A stretch of 64,000 nucleotides of DNA, taken from Eledone cirrhosa (taxonomy: Eukaryota). Each line of letters begins with the position of its first letter. Position 1 is the first letter of the stretch. The notes beneath the pieces were generated by a model. The model did not search any database. It saw only the letters and a list, made by a program, of their open reading frames with translations, and was not told where the DNA came from. The stretch spans positions 21,390,001 through 21,454,000 of the forward strand of contig OZ024761.1 in assembly GCA_964016885.1 (NCBI GenBank), written 5' to 3'. Below are positions 26,101-37,900 of this stretch, one piece after another. Made by a program: the position numbers and the translations under genes.

Positions 26101-27207
26101 GTAATGTAAATGTTGTGAGATATTATGTGAGGTAAAGCCTTTACTGTGAAAATACAATAGTATGTATAGAGTAATGTAAATGTTATGCGAGATATTATGT
26201 GAGGTAAAGCCTTTACTGTGAAAATACAATAGTATGTATAGAGTAATGTAAATGTTATGTGAGATATTATGTGAGGTAAAGCCTTTACTGTGAAAATACA
26301 ATAGTATATATAGAGTAATGTAAATGTTATGTGAGATATTATGTGAGGTAAAGCCTTTACTGTGAAAATACAATAGTATATATAGAGTAATGTAAATGTT
26401 GTGAGATATTATGTGAGGTAAAGCCTTTACTGTGACAATACAATAGTATATATAGAGTAATGTAAATGTTGTGAGATATTATGTGAGGTAAAGCCTTTAC
26501 TGTGACAATACAATAGTATATATAGAGTAATGTAAATGCTAAACGGTTAAAGTTGAAATTTATAAATTAAAACAATGAAAAAGTAAAATTTCAAATAAAA
26601 TCCGAGATATGGTATTTTATAATCAGGGAAAGACTTTCTGCTCAGCTTGTATTTCTAAAGGTTAGATGCTCGGATTTCCAAATACTGCAATCATTATCAT
26701 CATCACTCTAGCATGGGTTAGACGGGAATTGTCCCACTTGAAGCAAGATTGGTCGGGTGACCGTATCTCGCTCGTATAGGACTATCTGGCAGGTTTTCTA
26801 CGATTGGATGCCCTTCCCAACACCAACCACATTTATAGTGTGGACTGGGAACCTTTTTACCATGTCTCCTACACGACCACTTTACAGTGTCAACTGGGTG
26901 CTTTTTTGTTGTGACACCTACACAACCTCTTTAGTTTGGACTGGATGTTGTGTTACCAACATAACTTTACAGAGAAAGGGTGGTGTTGGAGGATGGAGTA
27001 GTGGGTTGGGGTGTATATTTGGTTAAGAGGTGCCTACTGACTGTAGGTTTAATTTTGTTAACTAATGTTATCATAATTCTGCCATATTTTAATTTCTTTT
27101 ATTTATTTTAATTCTTCTTCCTCATTTAGATTCCACCGACAATAGAAGATCCAAATGTTTATTCTGCCATCGAGAAAGCTCTACAATCTGTGGGATTTGC
27201 AAAATAA
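6217..27207 (+). CDS. ACSS3: Acyl-CoA synthetase short-chain family member 3 (mitochondrial acetyl/propionyl-CoA synthetase), 17 coding exons, ~698 aa
   Basis: Phase-consistent GT-AG exons: 6217-6545, 11851-11995, 13695-13883, 14375-14506, 15572-15715, 16448-16528, 17264-17359, 18455-18565, 18876-18919, 19385-19488, 19893-19988, 21101-21167, 21660-21741, 22438-22560, 23602-23701, 24775-24950, 27130-27207 (2097 nt). Motifs: [24 protein letters not shown] (AMP-binding loop), [70 protein letters not shown]. The N-terminus is basic and Ser/Thr-rich, like a mitochondrial presequence. Confidence 0.93.
8387..8694 (-). repeat. Inverted copy of the ACSS3 intron 15 / exon 16 junction region (~24490-24784)
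   Basis: The reverse complement aligns over ~300 bp, including catcatcatcttgat..ttccag|gttcagatgg. Confidence 0.85.
9432..11715. repeat. 41/42-bp minisatellite, roughly 54 copies, in ACSS3 intron 1
   Basis: Unit tctcacccacactaag(g)c(a/c)ccttaacacacgtcttagtctccct. Confidence 0.95.
12097..12510. repeat. 25/29-bp minisatellite
   Basis: Unit ccagggtgatacatgtctgtatgtct(gt..). It accounts for the ORF cluster at 12027-12563. Confidence 0.92.
12850..12936 (+). ncRNA. Degenerate type I hammerhead ribozyme (core CTGGTGA), in ACSS3 intron 2 (sense)
   Basis: agtc-CTGGTGA-at ggt aatg acc tg-GAAA-catg-TT-gatt. Outer stems gagg/cctc, actggc/gccagt and gttcaac/gttgaac. Homologous to the 22789 copy but with an A6G core change. 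Confidence 0.6.
13329..13497 (+). mobile_element. tRNA-derived SINE family A (octopus-type), representative copy
   Basis: ggcggtggattggcagtatcggtagag (A-box-like), gagttcaaatccc (B-box), aactttgcctttcatccttacggggtcgataaaataaagtaccag. More than 20 copies in the window. Plus strand: ~33180-33750, 35378-35790, 36278-36560, 39350-39670, 43171-43775, 62292-62466. Minus strand: ~6580-6715, 15303-15489, 30880-30985, 41665-41830, 46262-46456, 55296-55505. Confidence 0.85.
13908..14105 (+). mobile_element. TTAA MITE copy
   Basis: ttaa|ccc...ggg|ttaa. Other copies lie at ~37412-37632, 38850-39030, 41160-41380, 45043-45226, 49438-49740, 61343-61545 and (partial) 48768-48930. Confidence 0.8.
15303..15489 (-). 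mobile_element. SINE family A copy
   Basis: Near full-length reverse-complement match to the family consensus. Confidence 0.85.
16607..16840. mobile_element. Tc1/mariner-type MITE
   Basis: TA|caggagttatcaaaataaatca ... tgattctttttgatacaccctg|TA terminal inverted repeats. Confidence 0.6.
17740..18380 (+). mobile_element. RTE-clade (Rex3/Expander-like) LINE 3' fragment with internal duplications
   Basis: Degenerate [27 protein letters not shown]...[15 protein letters not shown]. Related pieces lie at ~15770-15990 (-), 25000-25220 (-), 33985-34420, 40210-40380 (-) and 60340-60590. Confidence 0.75.
20430..20935. repeat. 67-bp minisatellite (~7.5 copies) with internal hairpin tacatctgtttatacagatgta
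   Basis: Directly visible tandem units. A single further unit at ~20090-20150 lies on the other side of a SINE. Confidence 0.9.
22270..22395 (-). mobile_element. RTE LINE ORF-end fragment
   Basis: Reads [25 protein letters not shown]. Relatives lie at ~44330-44460 (-) and ~55995-56110 (+). Confidence 0.6.
22789..22875 (+). ncRNA. Type I hammerhead ribozyme with extended stem I, in ACSS3 intron 14 (sense)
   Basis: acgatg-CTGACGA-t agct aata agct t-GAAA-ctag-TA-catcgt. Intact core, stem I acgatg/catcgt extended by agg/cct, ctgaca/tgtcag and gttcaac/gttgaac. Palindromic stem III ACTAGT. Predicted cleavage after GUA at 22850. Confidence 0.85.
25466..26550. repeat. Second MITE-derived satellite (69/71-bp units) in ACSS3 intron 16
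   Basis: Same core unit as 1-1075. It begins with MITE body sequence and ends in the MITE terminus taaatgctaaacggttaa. Confidence 0.92.
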
Positions 27208-28377
27208 ATAAAACTCTTAATGTTGTGTACCACATGAAACCGTATTATTACCAGGAACAAGGGCCAGGTTTTTACGTCCTGAGTTCAAATGTTCCAAAGG
27301 GTCTACTTTGCCTTTCATACTTTTTTTTTTGTGAAGGGGAGAGATAATAAAGTACCAGTAACATGTAATCACCTTTTCCCCTCCCCAACACACACAAATT
27401 GTTGGCCTTTTTGCTTAAATTAGAAATTATTATAACCAGGGGGACATTATTGAAAAGTATAAAACATTACTATGACTACATCATATTAAAAATTAGTCTT
27501 CATTCTAATTCTGCAAGTTTTTTTAACAAGGCTCTGTCTATCAATGATGACAATATAAACATTTGAATTAACAAATCTGTTTTTTAGATATTTTCCACTA
27601 AATCATCTCACAGGACTTTAATATTTCACTCTCATTACCATATTTTAACTGAACGACATTGTCTTTTCAGCTAATGAAGAATTTTTTTTTTTTCATTACT
27701 AAGCTGGTATGTGGAACATAACTTAACAAAGGTTCTTGGATAATATTTTGATAGAATTTTTTTTTTTTTTTTTTTTTTAAAGAAAAATATAATGACTAAC
27801 CTTTAAAACAAAACCTTTGTGTCCTAGAACCAGGAAGATGCGGTATCATGTGGTTTGGTACCAAAAGAGTTAAACTCAGAGTTTCCAACATGGCTGCTGG
27901 TTAATGGCTGAAACTAGTACAGGAGTAAATGGTTAAAATCATTGGAAGTAATTCAAACTTTGAAGAAACTTAAACAATTCATTCATAAAAATATATTTAT
28001 AGCATCGATTATTTTAAATTTTATATAATTAATCCCAGTTGGAAGCTATATTATATACGTACACGATAATATACAAAAGATTTTACTGTTTTATTCTTTA
28101 AATGATATTAGAATCCATGTTGGTTATACATACATATGCCCTCATCATCATCATGAATTATGTGTTGTGCTTTTCCTAATTCTGGTAGGGTTTTATTTTT
28201 TACTGGTTGGATGCCCTCCCTATCACAAACCACTTTACAGAGTAAACTGGGTGCATTATTTGTGCCATCAGCACTAGAGAAGTTGTTTGACTGGACTCAA
28301 CACTCCTCCTCAACACAATATATCATTTTTCATCCAGTGTCTACTCCTAGACAGGTTGCCTTCACTATGGCTCAGCA

Positions 28378-28525
28378 CTCACCAACCTTTCAGACCTCAT
28401 GGACCACTAAATTCATAATTTTAAATCCCGCAGACCACTAATATGAATTTTTTTTAAAAAGATACATTAAAATTTTTTCTATGGACCACCAAAATTTCCT
28501 CATGGAGCACCAGTGGTCCGCTGAC
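28378..28525. mobile_element. hAT-like MITE fragment
   Basis: ccaacctttcagacctcatggaccact...gtggtccgctgacca with repeated ggaccac subterminal motifs. Confidence 0.45.
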
Positions 28526-29133
28526 CAATAATGTACTGGGGTCGATTTAATCGACTTTCTCCTTCCCCCCCCCCAAAAAAAAATTTCTGGCCTTGTAGAA
28601 ATCATTATTATTTTTTTAATGTCTTAACTTCTACATGGATATAACTTAAACTGTTTATATTTCAATTGTTTTTATATACAGATGGAAATAAAATATCAGG
28701 AAATAATTATAATAAAAAATTATTAAATGAATAAAAAAATTCAAGCTCAAAATCCTTTGTTTTATGTGAAGATAATGTCTTTTGAACCTCTCAACCATTT
28801 GATCATGGTACCAGGGCCGGATTTAATGGGGTGGAAAGGGTGCAATTGCTCCGGGACCCCTGCAGTGGTGGGGGGAAAAGGAAACACAAAAAAAAAAAAA
28901 AAACGGTGAAAGAAACCTATGGCGAAAGACATTCCTGCCGTGATCATCCCGCCTTTTGTTTTTGTGTTTTTAGATACAATGGCGGCGCCCCAGAATGGCC
29001 TCAACCTGTCGGCTGCAACACGTAACAGTTATATATACATATATTGTTAACAATATTTGTTTCAACACACGTTTTCATATTAAAAACCTTTTAAAACAAT
29101 GATGGACTCACCATTCTGCAAGCCTCATTACAA

Positions 29134-29270
29134 GATGGTTGGGCTTCCTATTCGAAAATTGAGGAAATTGAAGGTGGGATTTACGTTCATGATGTTGTGG
29201 TGCACGAACGGAACTTTGTAGATCCTGCAGACCCTGATGGGCAAAGAAGAAGCTTCGTCGCCAGCATGTT
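29134..29270 (+). pseudogene. Merlin/ISXO2 (IS1595-like) DDE transposase fragment
   Basis: Translates DGWASYSKIEEIEGGIYVHDVVVHERNFVDPADPD, then AKKKLRRQH after a deletion/frameshift. This fits the ISXO2-type pattern DGWxxY...YxHxxVxH..NFVDP...AKRKL. Confidence 0.75.
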
Positions 29271-29547
29271 TCGCTCAAACACACAAAATGTGAACACGAC
29301 GTTCGAAAATGAAAATAAATTTACTTTCATTCTTGACACCGCTAAAAGCAAGGAACGCCAAACTTGTGTGTGTGTGTATATATATAAATATATATATATT
29401 GAGTATATGTTGGTTGTTTACCGACACCTCAGTATGCAGATTGGAGCACTCGACGAAGTACGCAGGTTGGTTTGGTTACTCCGGAGTAATGTAAAATAAA
29501 GTAATTAAGTCAAATATTTAAGATTTGGCTTCGTTTATTAAAGATGT

Positions 29548-29602
29548 ACTGCTATATATATTTCGGTGACAGCCATCATTGGCTGTGAGCTCTTCAGGTA
29601 GT
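29548..29602 (-). ncRNA. Minimal type I hammerhead ribozyme (left arm of the palindrome, slightly diverged)
   Basis: Reverse complement reads actac-CTGAAGA-gctcacagcca atga tggctgtcacc-GAAA-tatata-TA-gcagt. Confidence 0.7.
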
Positions 29603-29681
29603 TCGAATTGGTGTGGTAGAGACAGGTACACATGTTGTTAAAGTGTTTTAATGTGTACCTGTCTCTACCACACCCATTCTA

Positions 29682-29736
29682 ACTGCCTGAAGAGGTCACA
29701 GCCAATGATGGCTGTCACCGAAATATATATAGCAGT
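29682..29736 (+). ncRNA. Minimal type I hammerhead ribozyme (right arm of a palindrome)
   Basis: actgc-CTGAAGA-ggtcacagcca atga tggctgtcacc-GAAA-tatata-TA-gcagt. 5-bp stem I, 11-bp stem II with one mismatch, palindromic stem III ATATATAT. Confidence 0.82.
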
Positions 29737-30500
29737 ACATCTTTAATAAACGAAGCCAAATCTTAAATATTTGACTTAATCACTTTGTTACTTGTGTATA
29801 TATATAACAGTCTATATAGTGTATATACACAGATAACAGTCTATATACACTATACTGTCCATATAATATACACAGGTAACAATCTATATAAACTATATAC
29901 AATCTAGCTATACACCTTATATATGTTAAGTATGGTCATTTGGTACCCTGTAAGGGTAATTAGACTCATTCCAAGGTAGAGATGACCCTCTTCTGTGTAT
30001 CGATGTCTCCCAGATGGACATCAATACGAGAAACGATAGTTCAACTTGAGCGGGTGGTTGGTCCACTCTTTCTCTAGCCTTGACTAAAATATTGACTGAC
30101 ATAAGGCTAAACAACAATAGAAAATGTATGCAGTAATGAATTGTATGGTGTAACCTTACTTGTTAGATACTTTTGTCCTCAATCGAAAAGGTCTGAACAC
30201 AAGGGAACCAAACTCCCACTGACCCCCGTCTCTCCTGCTCTCACTGTTATGAGCAATTAGGGGACCACCCGCTTGATAGGATGTTCTTTTTTTCTCGCGC
30301 TTTGAATATATATTTTTCCCGCCGAGGTCAGCTTTGCCTTTCATCCATACGAGATCGATAAAATAAAGTACCAGTAATGCACTGAGGTCGATATAATCGA
30401 TTTTTCCCTTCCCCAGAATTGCTGGCCTTGTGACAAAAATAGAAAAAAATTATATTTATAAGATTCCCGGTAATAATTAGTTGTATATATTATATATACT

Positions 30501-30535
<35 letters not shown>

Positions 30536-31287
30536 GTAATAATAGTAAATTTGAATAATAATAATATATATATAGTGTGTGTGTTTATATTTTCATTCTG
30601 TAAGAATTATAAACAATTGTAATAAACAACCTGTCCCTCTAAGGTACAGCTTGAGAAAGATCTGGCTGCTATTTCTAGTAGGTCTAGCGGCGAGGTGTGT
30701 AGTGAATGTCGCTCCCCCTCTCTCCATTTCTTTCAGTTGCGACCCTGTAGATAGTTTCAGCAATGGAAACAAAAGTTTCCTTAGTCTGATTTGACGAGGT
30801 CCACCCCACTCGGCAAGCGAGTCCGGTCTGGGATTTTGTCGATCGAACTATGATAATAAAAAAAAATTAAAAAAAAAAAAAGGATGAAAGGCAAAGCTAA
30901 TCTGGGCAGGATTTGAACTCAGATCATAAAGGGGAGTAACTCTATGTCATGAAGCATGTTGTCCGACGCTCTACCGACACAGCCAACTTTCTCGCTAAGC
31001 CAGCGTTCCGGCGTTCTTACGAGAGGAAGAAGAAGAAGAAAAGCAACCAACAACAATAACAACGACAACAACAACAAACACTAACAACAGCAACAAACTA
31101 ACAACAAACAATAAACAAACAGAAAATAAATCAAAGTAACCAAACCACAAAAAAAAACATCAAAAAATTCACTCCACCAAAAAAAATAAACAAGCAAAAA
31201 AACAAAACAAAAAAAAAGCCACAATTTTTCTCTTTTTCCTTGTAGCAAGTTTAAGCAAAGACACGGATTATTTGATTAAAGACCTTT

Positions 31288-31582
31288 ATGGATTCAAGTG
31301 AAGAAGGAAAGAGTGACGACCACCATTCCAGTTCAGCCCCTTGTTCACGCTCTTTTTTTTCAAAGTTTATCTCACTCAAATGTACAATGGAGAACAGCCT
31401 TAAACGTGTTTTGAGCTCGCTAACATGTGATAGGACCGACGGTTGTTCCGTTTCGAAGCGCCCCTTATTAGAAGATGAAAATTTAAATGCATTTATAGAA
31501 TGGTGTCATAAAGCTAATTTCAAATTTAACCCCAAGGTAATTTCACACGGAACACTGTGTGTATATATGTATACACCCACAC

Positions 31583-31619
<37 letters not shown>

Positions 31620-31879
31620 TAACTGTTTATACTTTTGGCACAAGGCCAGCAATAACGCAGTACATTACTGGTACTTTATTTTATATATAATGAAGGAGTT
31701 GTGGTAAGGAACCAGATGGACCATAACGCACTAGAGTACTCAATACTTGAATCCAGCTCAAGCCGTCGAAACGGCTTGAGCTCTGCCGTCGGGGTCATAC
31801 TTTTTCCTATATATATATATTCATTTATATATATATATTTATAAATACATGTGTGTATATATATATATATAAATGTATA

Positions 31880-31933
<54 letters not shown>

Positions 31934-34900
31934 GGGGGTTTTCAGTCAGGGGTAACCACAGTAAGTAAGATATGATTTCTCCTGAATGAAACGGTTCTAG
32001 TCCTGTAGAAGCCATTTGTATATTAAATATATGTATATATATATAAAAGAGAGAGAGAGATACTCCGCCGGCTATTGTTTACACTCGGACAGCACGTGCT
32101 TCTGTATATATACACATACATATATATGTATATATATATATTTATGCGTGTATATATATGTGTGTATATATATATATATATACGTTTACGTGTGTTGTGG
32201 TCAACGGTAACAACACGAACCAGTCGATAGATGAAAGACTTGTCACGTCCTCACTAGGCTTTCGTCCACTCCGCTCCGTCTCTGTCTCTCCAACATGGAA
32301 GAACTCCCCGGGGGCTGGGGCATGTCGCACCACGGTCATTCCTCTTTCTGCTTGCCCTCTGGCTCTCTCTCTCACTTTCTGTCCCTCCCCTATCTATCTC
32401 CGTCTCTCTCTCTCTCTCACACACGCACACCGAAGCTTATCAATCAATTCTATAAAATCGATCCAAATAATTTAGTAAATGTAGTCAAATGAAATGTTTA
32501 TATGATATATCGAGACGCCAAAATAACAACAGTTGACAAAATATTGGCTTTTTTTCTTCTTAAATCGCAGTAAATTATTTTATGAACAAAACAATTGATA
32601 AATTTCTAGAAATATACCTCTACCTATTTCTTGTGAGCTATCAATTAAAGTTACTTCCTAATATGGTACTAAGGTGTCTGTGAGGGGTGGGTATGGTTGG
32701 ACTTCTTCCCCCTGGAGTTTTCTTTACCATTGTTTTTTTTTGTGGGGGGGGGGGGGGGGGGGGCGTTTCCGGGGCTACAAACTACTCTTACATCCGGGCA
32801 TAACGCAAAGGATTTTTTTCCTCTGGAAAACGGAGGAGGAAGGGAGACCCTCTGATCTAAGCCCCCCTCCCAGAGTTTTGTTTACCCACTAACACCAACT
32901 CTAACCCCAAACCCATACTTAGTCTTTCATCCTTTGGAGGTAGATAAAAGAGAGTACCAGTCTTGCACTGGCGTCGATTATTCTATTATATCGCTTTCTC
33001 ACTTCCTCTCTTAGCACTCCTCTTTGAAATTGGCTGTGTTTAGACCTGGAGAAGAGATGGGTTCCACTAGATTTTAAAAAAGGGTCCAAGAAATGCTGTA
33101 TGTCACTACAGCACCCCGAAGACTCTACCAGGAGGGAGGGGCCACCCTTAGATGATTTCCCAGCCATGTTTTGTTTGGATTGTCAGTAGTCGGTAGAGTG
33201 TCGGACAACATTCTTTGCAGTATAGTGTTATGGCCTTTTACGTTGACAGTTCAAATCCCGTTGAGGTTAGCTTGGCCTATTATCCTTACATGGTTGATAA
33301 AATAAAGTACCAGTCTAGAACTGGGGTCGATTTAATCAACTTTTCCCTTCCCTATAAAACTGTTGGCCTCTGCCTAAATCCGAAACCAGTATTATTCGAG
33401 TGGTTGTGTGTTCAAATCCCACTGAGGTTAGCTTTGGTTTTCATCCTTATGGGGTCTATAGACGATTTAATTAACTTTCCCCTCACCCCAAAAATCGTTG
33501 GCCTTGTGTCTAAATCATAAACCATTACTAGACAATACGATAAGGTTACTAATTCAGTTAAATTTATAAAGTGCAGTATCGGTAGAGGGATGGACACCAT
33601 GCTTTGATGCATAGAGTTACGGCCCTTTCCATTCTGAGTTCATATCCCACCGAGGTTAACTTTGCCTTTCATCCTTACGGGGTCGATAAAATAAAGTACC
33701 AGCAATGCACTGGGGTAATTACTGGCTTTGTGCCAAAAGTAGAAACAATTATTATTTTTTTCATCCTAATATTTATATTTTCTTGTTTCCAGGTAAAAAT
33801 CTGTGAAGAAGGTTCTATTGCGAAGTATGGCTTGATAGCAACAGAAGACATCACCCGTGGAGAGTGTCTCTTTGAAATACCAAGAAGTCATGTACTTGTT
33901 GCAGAGTCATCCAGTATTGCTGAACTGACTGAAACAGGTAAATAGCATATATTTCTAATTCATACTATTGCCATCTTTAACTCTCTTGAAGATCAGAGAG
34001 TTGCTTCAGGTAGAGCTGTTGCTACTTCTCTGAATTGAGACATCACAACTTCGATACTATGGACATGTGGTTAGAATGTCTCCGGAAAGAATCACCGAAC
34101 AGATTTGTAGTTCAGAGATCAAAGAGTGACTCCAGGTAGAGTTGCTAACTTCTCTGAATTGAGACATCACAGCTTCGATACTACGGACGTGGTTAGAATT
34201 TCTCAAGAAAAAAATCACTGGACAGATTTGTAGCTCAGAGATCAGAGTGTCGCTCCAGATAGAGCTGCTACTTCTCTGAATTGAGAGATCACAGTTTAAT
34301 ACCACAGACATGTGGTTAGAATGTCTCAGGAAAAAATCACTGGACAGATTTGTAGCTCAGAGATCAGAGAGTCGCTCCAGATAGAGCTGCTACTTCTCTG
34401 AATTGAGAGATCGCAGCTTTCATTTGTTGTTGTTGTTATGGCTTTCATTTATTGCTTTTGTTGTTGTTCTTCTTTATTTATTTCAGTTGACCTCAAATCT
34501 ACGAAAAGTGACAAAGGTTGGATAACACTTTTACTCTGTATTATGTACGAATATAACAACCCCAAGTCTAAATGGAGATCCTATTTTAACCTTGTTCCAG
34601 ACTTCAAGCATTTAGAATTGCCACTCTTTTGGTCAGAGTAAGTAGCTATCTAAATTATAATAAAGAGAGGAGCGTGGGACTACGTCCAGAATATAATTTT
34701 TATTCCATTTGTAAAATAAGTTGTATTACTTTGAATAAATAATGAATGAATATTACATAATTTATGTGCTAAATTTCGTAACTTGATTTAATATAATTAA
34801 TTTTATTGCTTATTTTAAGATTCTTCAAAATTTTCAAATGTCAACACTTCCGGTTAGCGATTGCTTAAATAAACATTCATATATTTCCGTTGCTAATTTT

Positions 34901-37900
34901 CTCCTAATGCAGTTTATATATAATATCGTCTTTTTTAATGCATCATGGATTACTTTACTGATTACATAACACAGACTTCGTTCAATTTCTGTGGATATTG
35001 TCAATTATGATTTCATTTGATGTATATATTTGCGTATAACATCAATATACACACTACACATGCTAGCAGAAAACCACCCGAAGGGTTAAAACAACAATTT
35101 GATAAGTTCATCCCAGTATACTACTCTGATACTTCCCTCTGGTTTTCTGAACATTTTCCAATGTTTATCAATCTATTATTCATTTTTCTTCCATAGAGCA
35201 AGCCGGGCAGTGTTACTGCAAGGGACTTGTATCAAGGAGCTGGTGGAGTCTGACTTAAATTTAATTAATTCGGATTTCAATAATGTCATCTTGCCTTTTG
35301 TGAAAAAACACAGTAAAGTTTTCTCGTATGTTATTTTTTTTTTTATCCTTTTACTTATTATTATTTATCTGGATTAGGGTGGTGGATTGGCAGTATCGGT
35401 AAACGGTCGGACGCCATGCTTTGCAGCATAGAGTTACGGCCCTTTACAATCTGAGTTCAAATCTTGCCATGGTTAACTTTGCCTTTCATCCTTAAGGGGT
35501 CGATAAAATTAAAGTACCAGTAACGTACTGGAGTCGATTTAATCAACTTTCACCTCCACTCAAATTACTAACCTTGTGCCTATACTCGAAATAATTATTT
35601 ATCTGAATTGGCAGTATCGGTAGAGGGTCAGACGCCATGCTTTGACGCATAGAGTTATGGCCCTTGCCATTCTGAGTTCAAATCCTGCCAAGGTTAACTT
35701 TGCCTTTCATCCTTACGGAGTCGATAAAGTAAAGTAACAGTAATGAACTGGGTAATTGCTGGCCTTGTGCCAAAAGTAGAAACAATTATTTATCTGCCTG
35801 GTGGCCGCGGCGAAAGAGGTCGTGTGGCGGACGCGTTTGAAAGGGCTGAAGACGAGCACTTACCTCTTTGGTGATGCCCTAATTAACCTTTTCAAATTTC
35901 ATTTGAAGAGGGAAGTGCTCTCTTCCCAGCAATTTGTTGAAAGGTGGGTGAGAGAGGCAAGTATGGCCTGCTCTGAGTGTGCACCTGTAAATTGAAGGTG
36001 GAAAACTAGGAGAGAGCACTTGTCCTGGTGGTCAGGGTCACCGTGGCTTTTTTAATGGGCTTTCTCCACGAGTGTCCCCTGGAAGTCTCCTCCCCCCTAT
36101 TGGGGAATTTTCCTTTGTTTCTTTTTTTTGTCAATTCCTTTATTATTGTTGTTTTTTTTTCTTTACACCCAGAAATGCCCATTTGTACCATCCTGTGGTG
36201 TCCTTAATGTTATACTTTATGTCAACCCTTGTGTTTAATAAAGAGAGCATTATTATTTTTATTACTTATTATTATAAGGGCTGTGGTTTGGCAGTATCGG
36301 TTGGGTGTCAGACACCATGCTATGCAGCATAGAGTTATGGCTCTTTACGTTCTGAGTTCAAATCCCGCCGAGGTTAACAACTTTGCCTTTCATCCTTAAG
36401 GGGTCGATAAAGTAAAGCACCAGTAATGTACTGGGGAATTGCTGGCCTTGTGCCAAAAGTAGAAACATTATTATTATTATTATTGGCAGTGTCGGTAGAG
36501 CGTTGGACACCATGCTTTGCAGCATAGAGTTATGGCCCTTTGTGTTCTGAATTCAAATCCTATGTATTTTACTGGAAATATAAAAGGGTTAATTTCTCTA
36601 GACTAGTATGCCTGTTTTTGAAATAAATCAAAATACACAGAGAGGGTATTTTATTGGAAGTATGGTAACAAATAGGGTTAATTTCTCTGCTCTATTCTCT
36701 AGACCAGTATGGTAACAAATAGGGTTAATTTCTCTGCTCTATTCTCTAGACCAGTATGGTAACAAATAGGGTTAATTTCTCTGCTCTATTCTCTAGACCA
36801 GTATGCCAAACCTTAAAATTCTATCACAAGATGGTAGCATTTGTAATGGCATACAGTTTCATGGAACCTACCAACCCAGTGCTAGACTCTTCACATGAAG
36901 AGCAAGTGAATGCACCACCAATGATGGTACCTTTAGCTGACATTCTAAACCATGTGGCCAACCATAATGCTGAATTATCGTATGAAGTGTCCTGCTTAAA
37001 GATGACGGCTGTGAAAAATATTAAAAAGGTAGGTGTTGATCTCTCTAAGTCTAAACTCTGTCTCAAGCCTGGAGACTGATCAGGTAGGTGATTATCCCAG
37101 TTTCTATGGCGTTAAGCTACTGAGAGTACAATATTCTTCCCTGGACAGGACACCAGTCCATCACAGGGTTAAACTCCCAGCTATGGCTGCTGGTACTCAT
37201 TTTCAGTTAAGTATACTGGAGCAACGTGAACTGAAGTGTTTTGCTTAAGAAGACAATACACAGCCCAGTCAAGGGATTGAACCCACTATGTTATGGTCAT
37301 AAGTCCAACACCCTTAACACTAGGCCATGTGCTTCCATATAGGTGTTGATCAGAGCCAAGCCGAATATTCATCTGCTGAGGTCCTATGCTATATGAAATT
37401 TGAGGCCTTAATCCTTTAGTATTTACATTACTCTAAATATACTATTATATTTTCACAGTAAAAGTTTTACCTTACATAATTATCTCGCATAATATTGAAT
37501 CTACGAGATTTTGATATTATTTATTTTGAGAAAAATACCTTAACATTAGTATGAACATCCAGTTACGGCCGGTTTGAACAGAAAGAGGTGAGAGAATTCT
37601 GGCCGAATATGGCTGGTTTAAATGTTAAAGGGTTAAGCTATATGAAATTTGAGGTCTTTCTCTAAAAAAATCTAAAATAATTATATTGACTTTGCCCACC
37701 TACACCTCTCTAAGACAACGACACTGGATCGAGACCTTTGGTGCCATGCAGTTGTACAGAAGATCCAACTACCATTGCATACAAACCTACAGTCAGTAGG
37801 CACCTCTTAACTCAATGTACACCCCACCCTCCCTCTCCCATTCCGTCCACTGTGTCGATGATACAGCAGTCCACACAGTGAAAAGGCTCCACACTGTAAA

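Larger units (their letters stand above)
29498..29786. mobile_element. ~290-bp near-perfect palindrome carrying hammerheads; resembles an inverted pseudo-LTR remnant of a Penelope-like element
   Basis: Arms of ~136 bp (29498-29633 and 29651-29786) with a 17-nt spacer. Inverted hammerhead-bearing repeats are an established feature of Penelope-like elements. No RT or GIY-YIG ORF seen nearby. Confidence 0.6.

Noticed and set aside
32230-32290. Possible minus-strand hammerhead (ggacGAAAgccTA)
   Set aside because: No CUGANGA half or matching stem I could be found.
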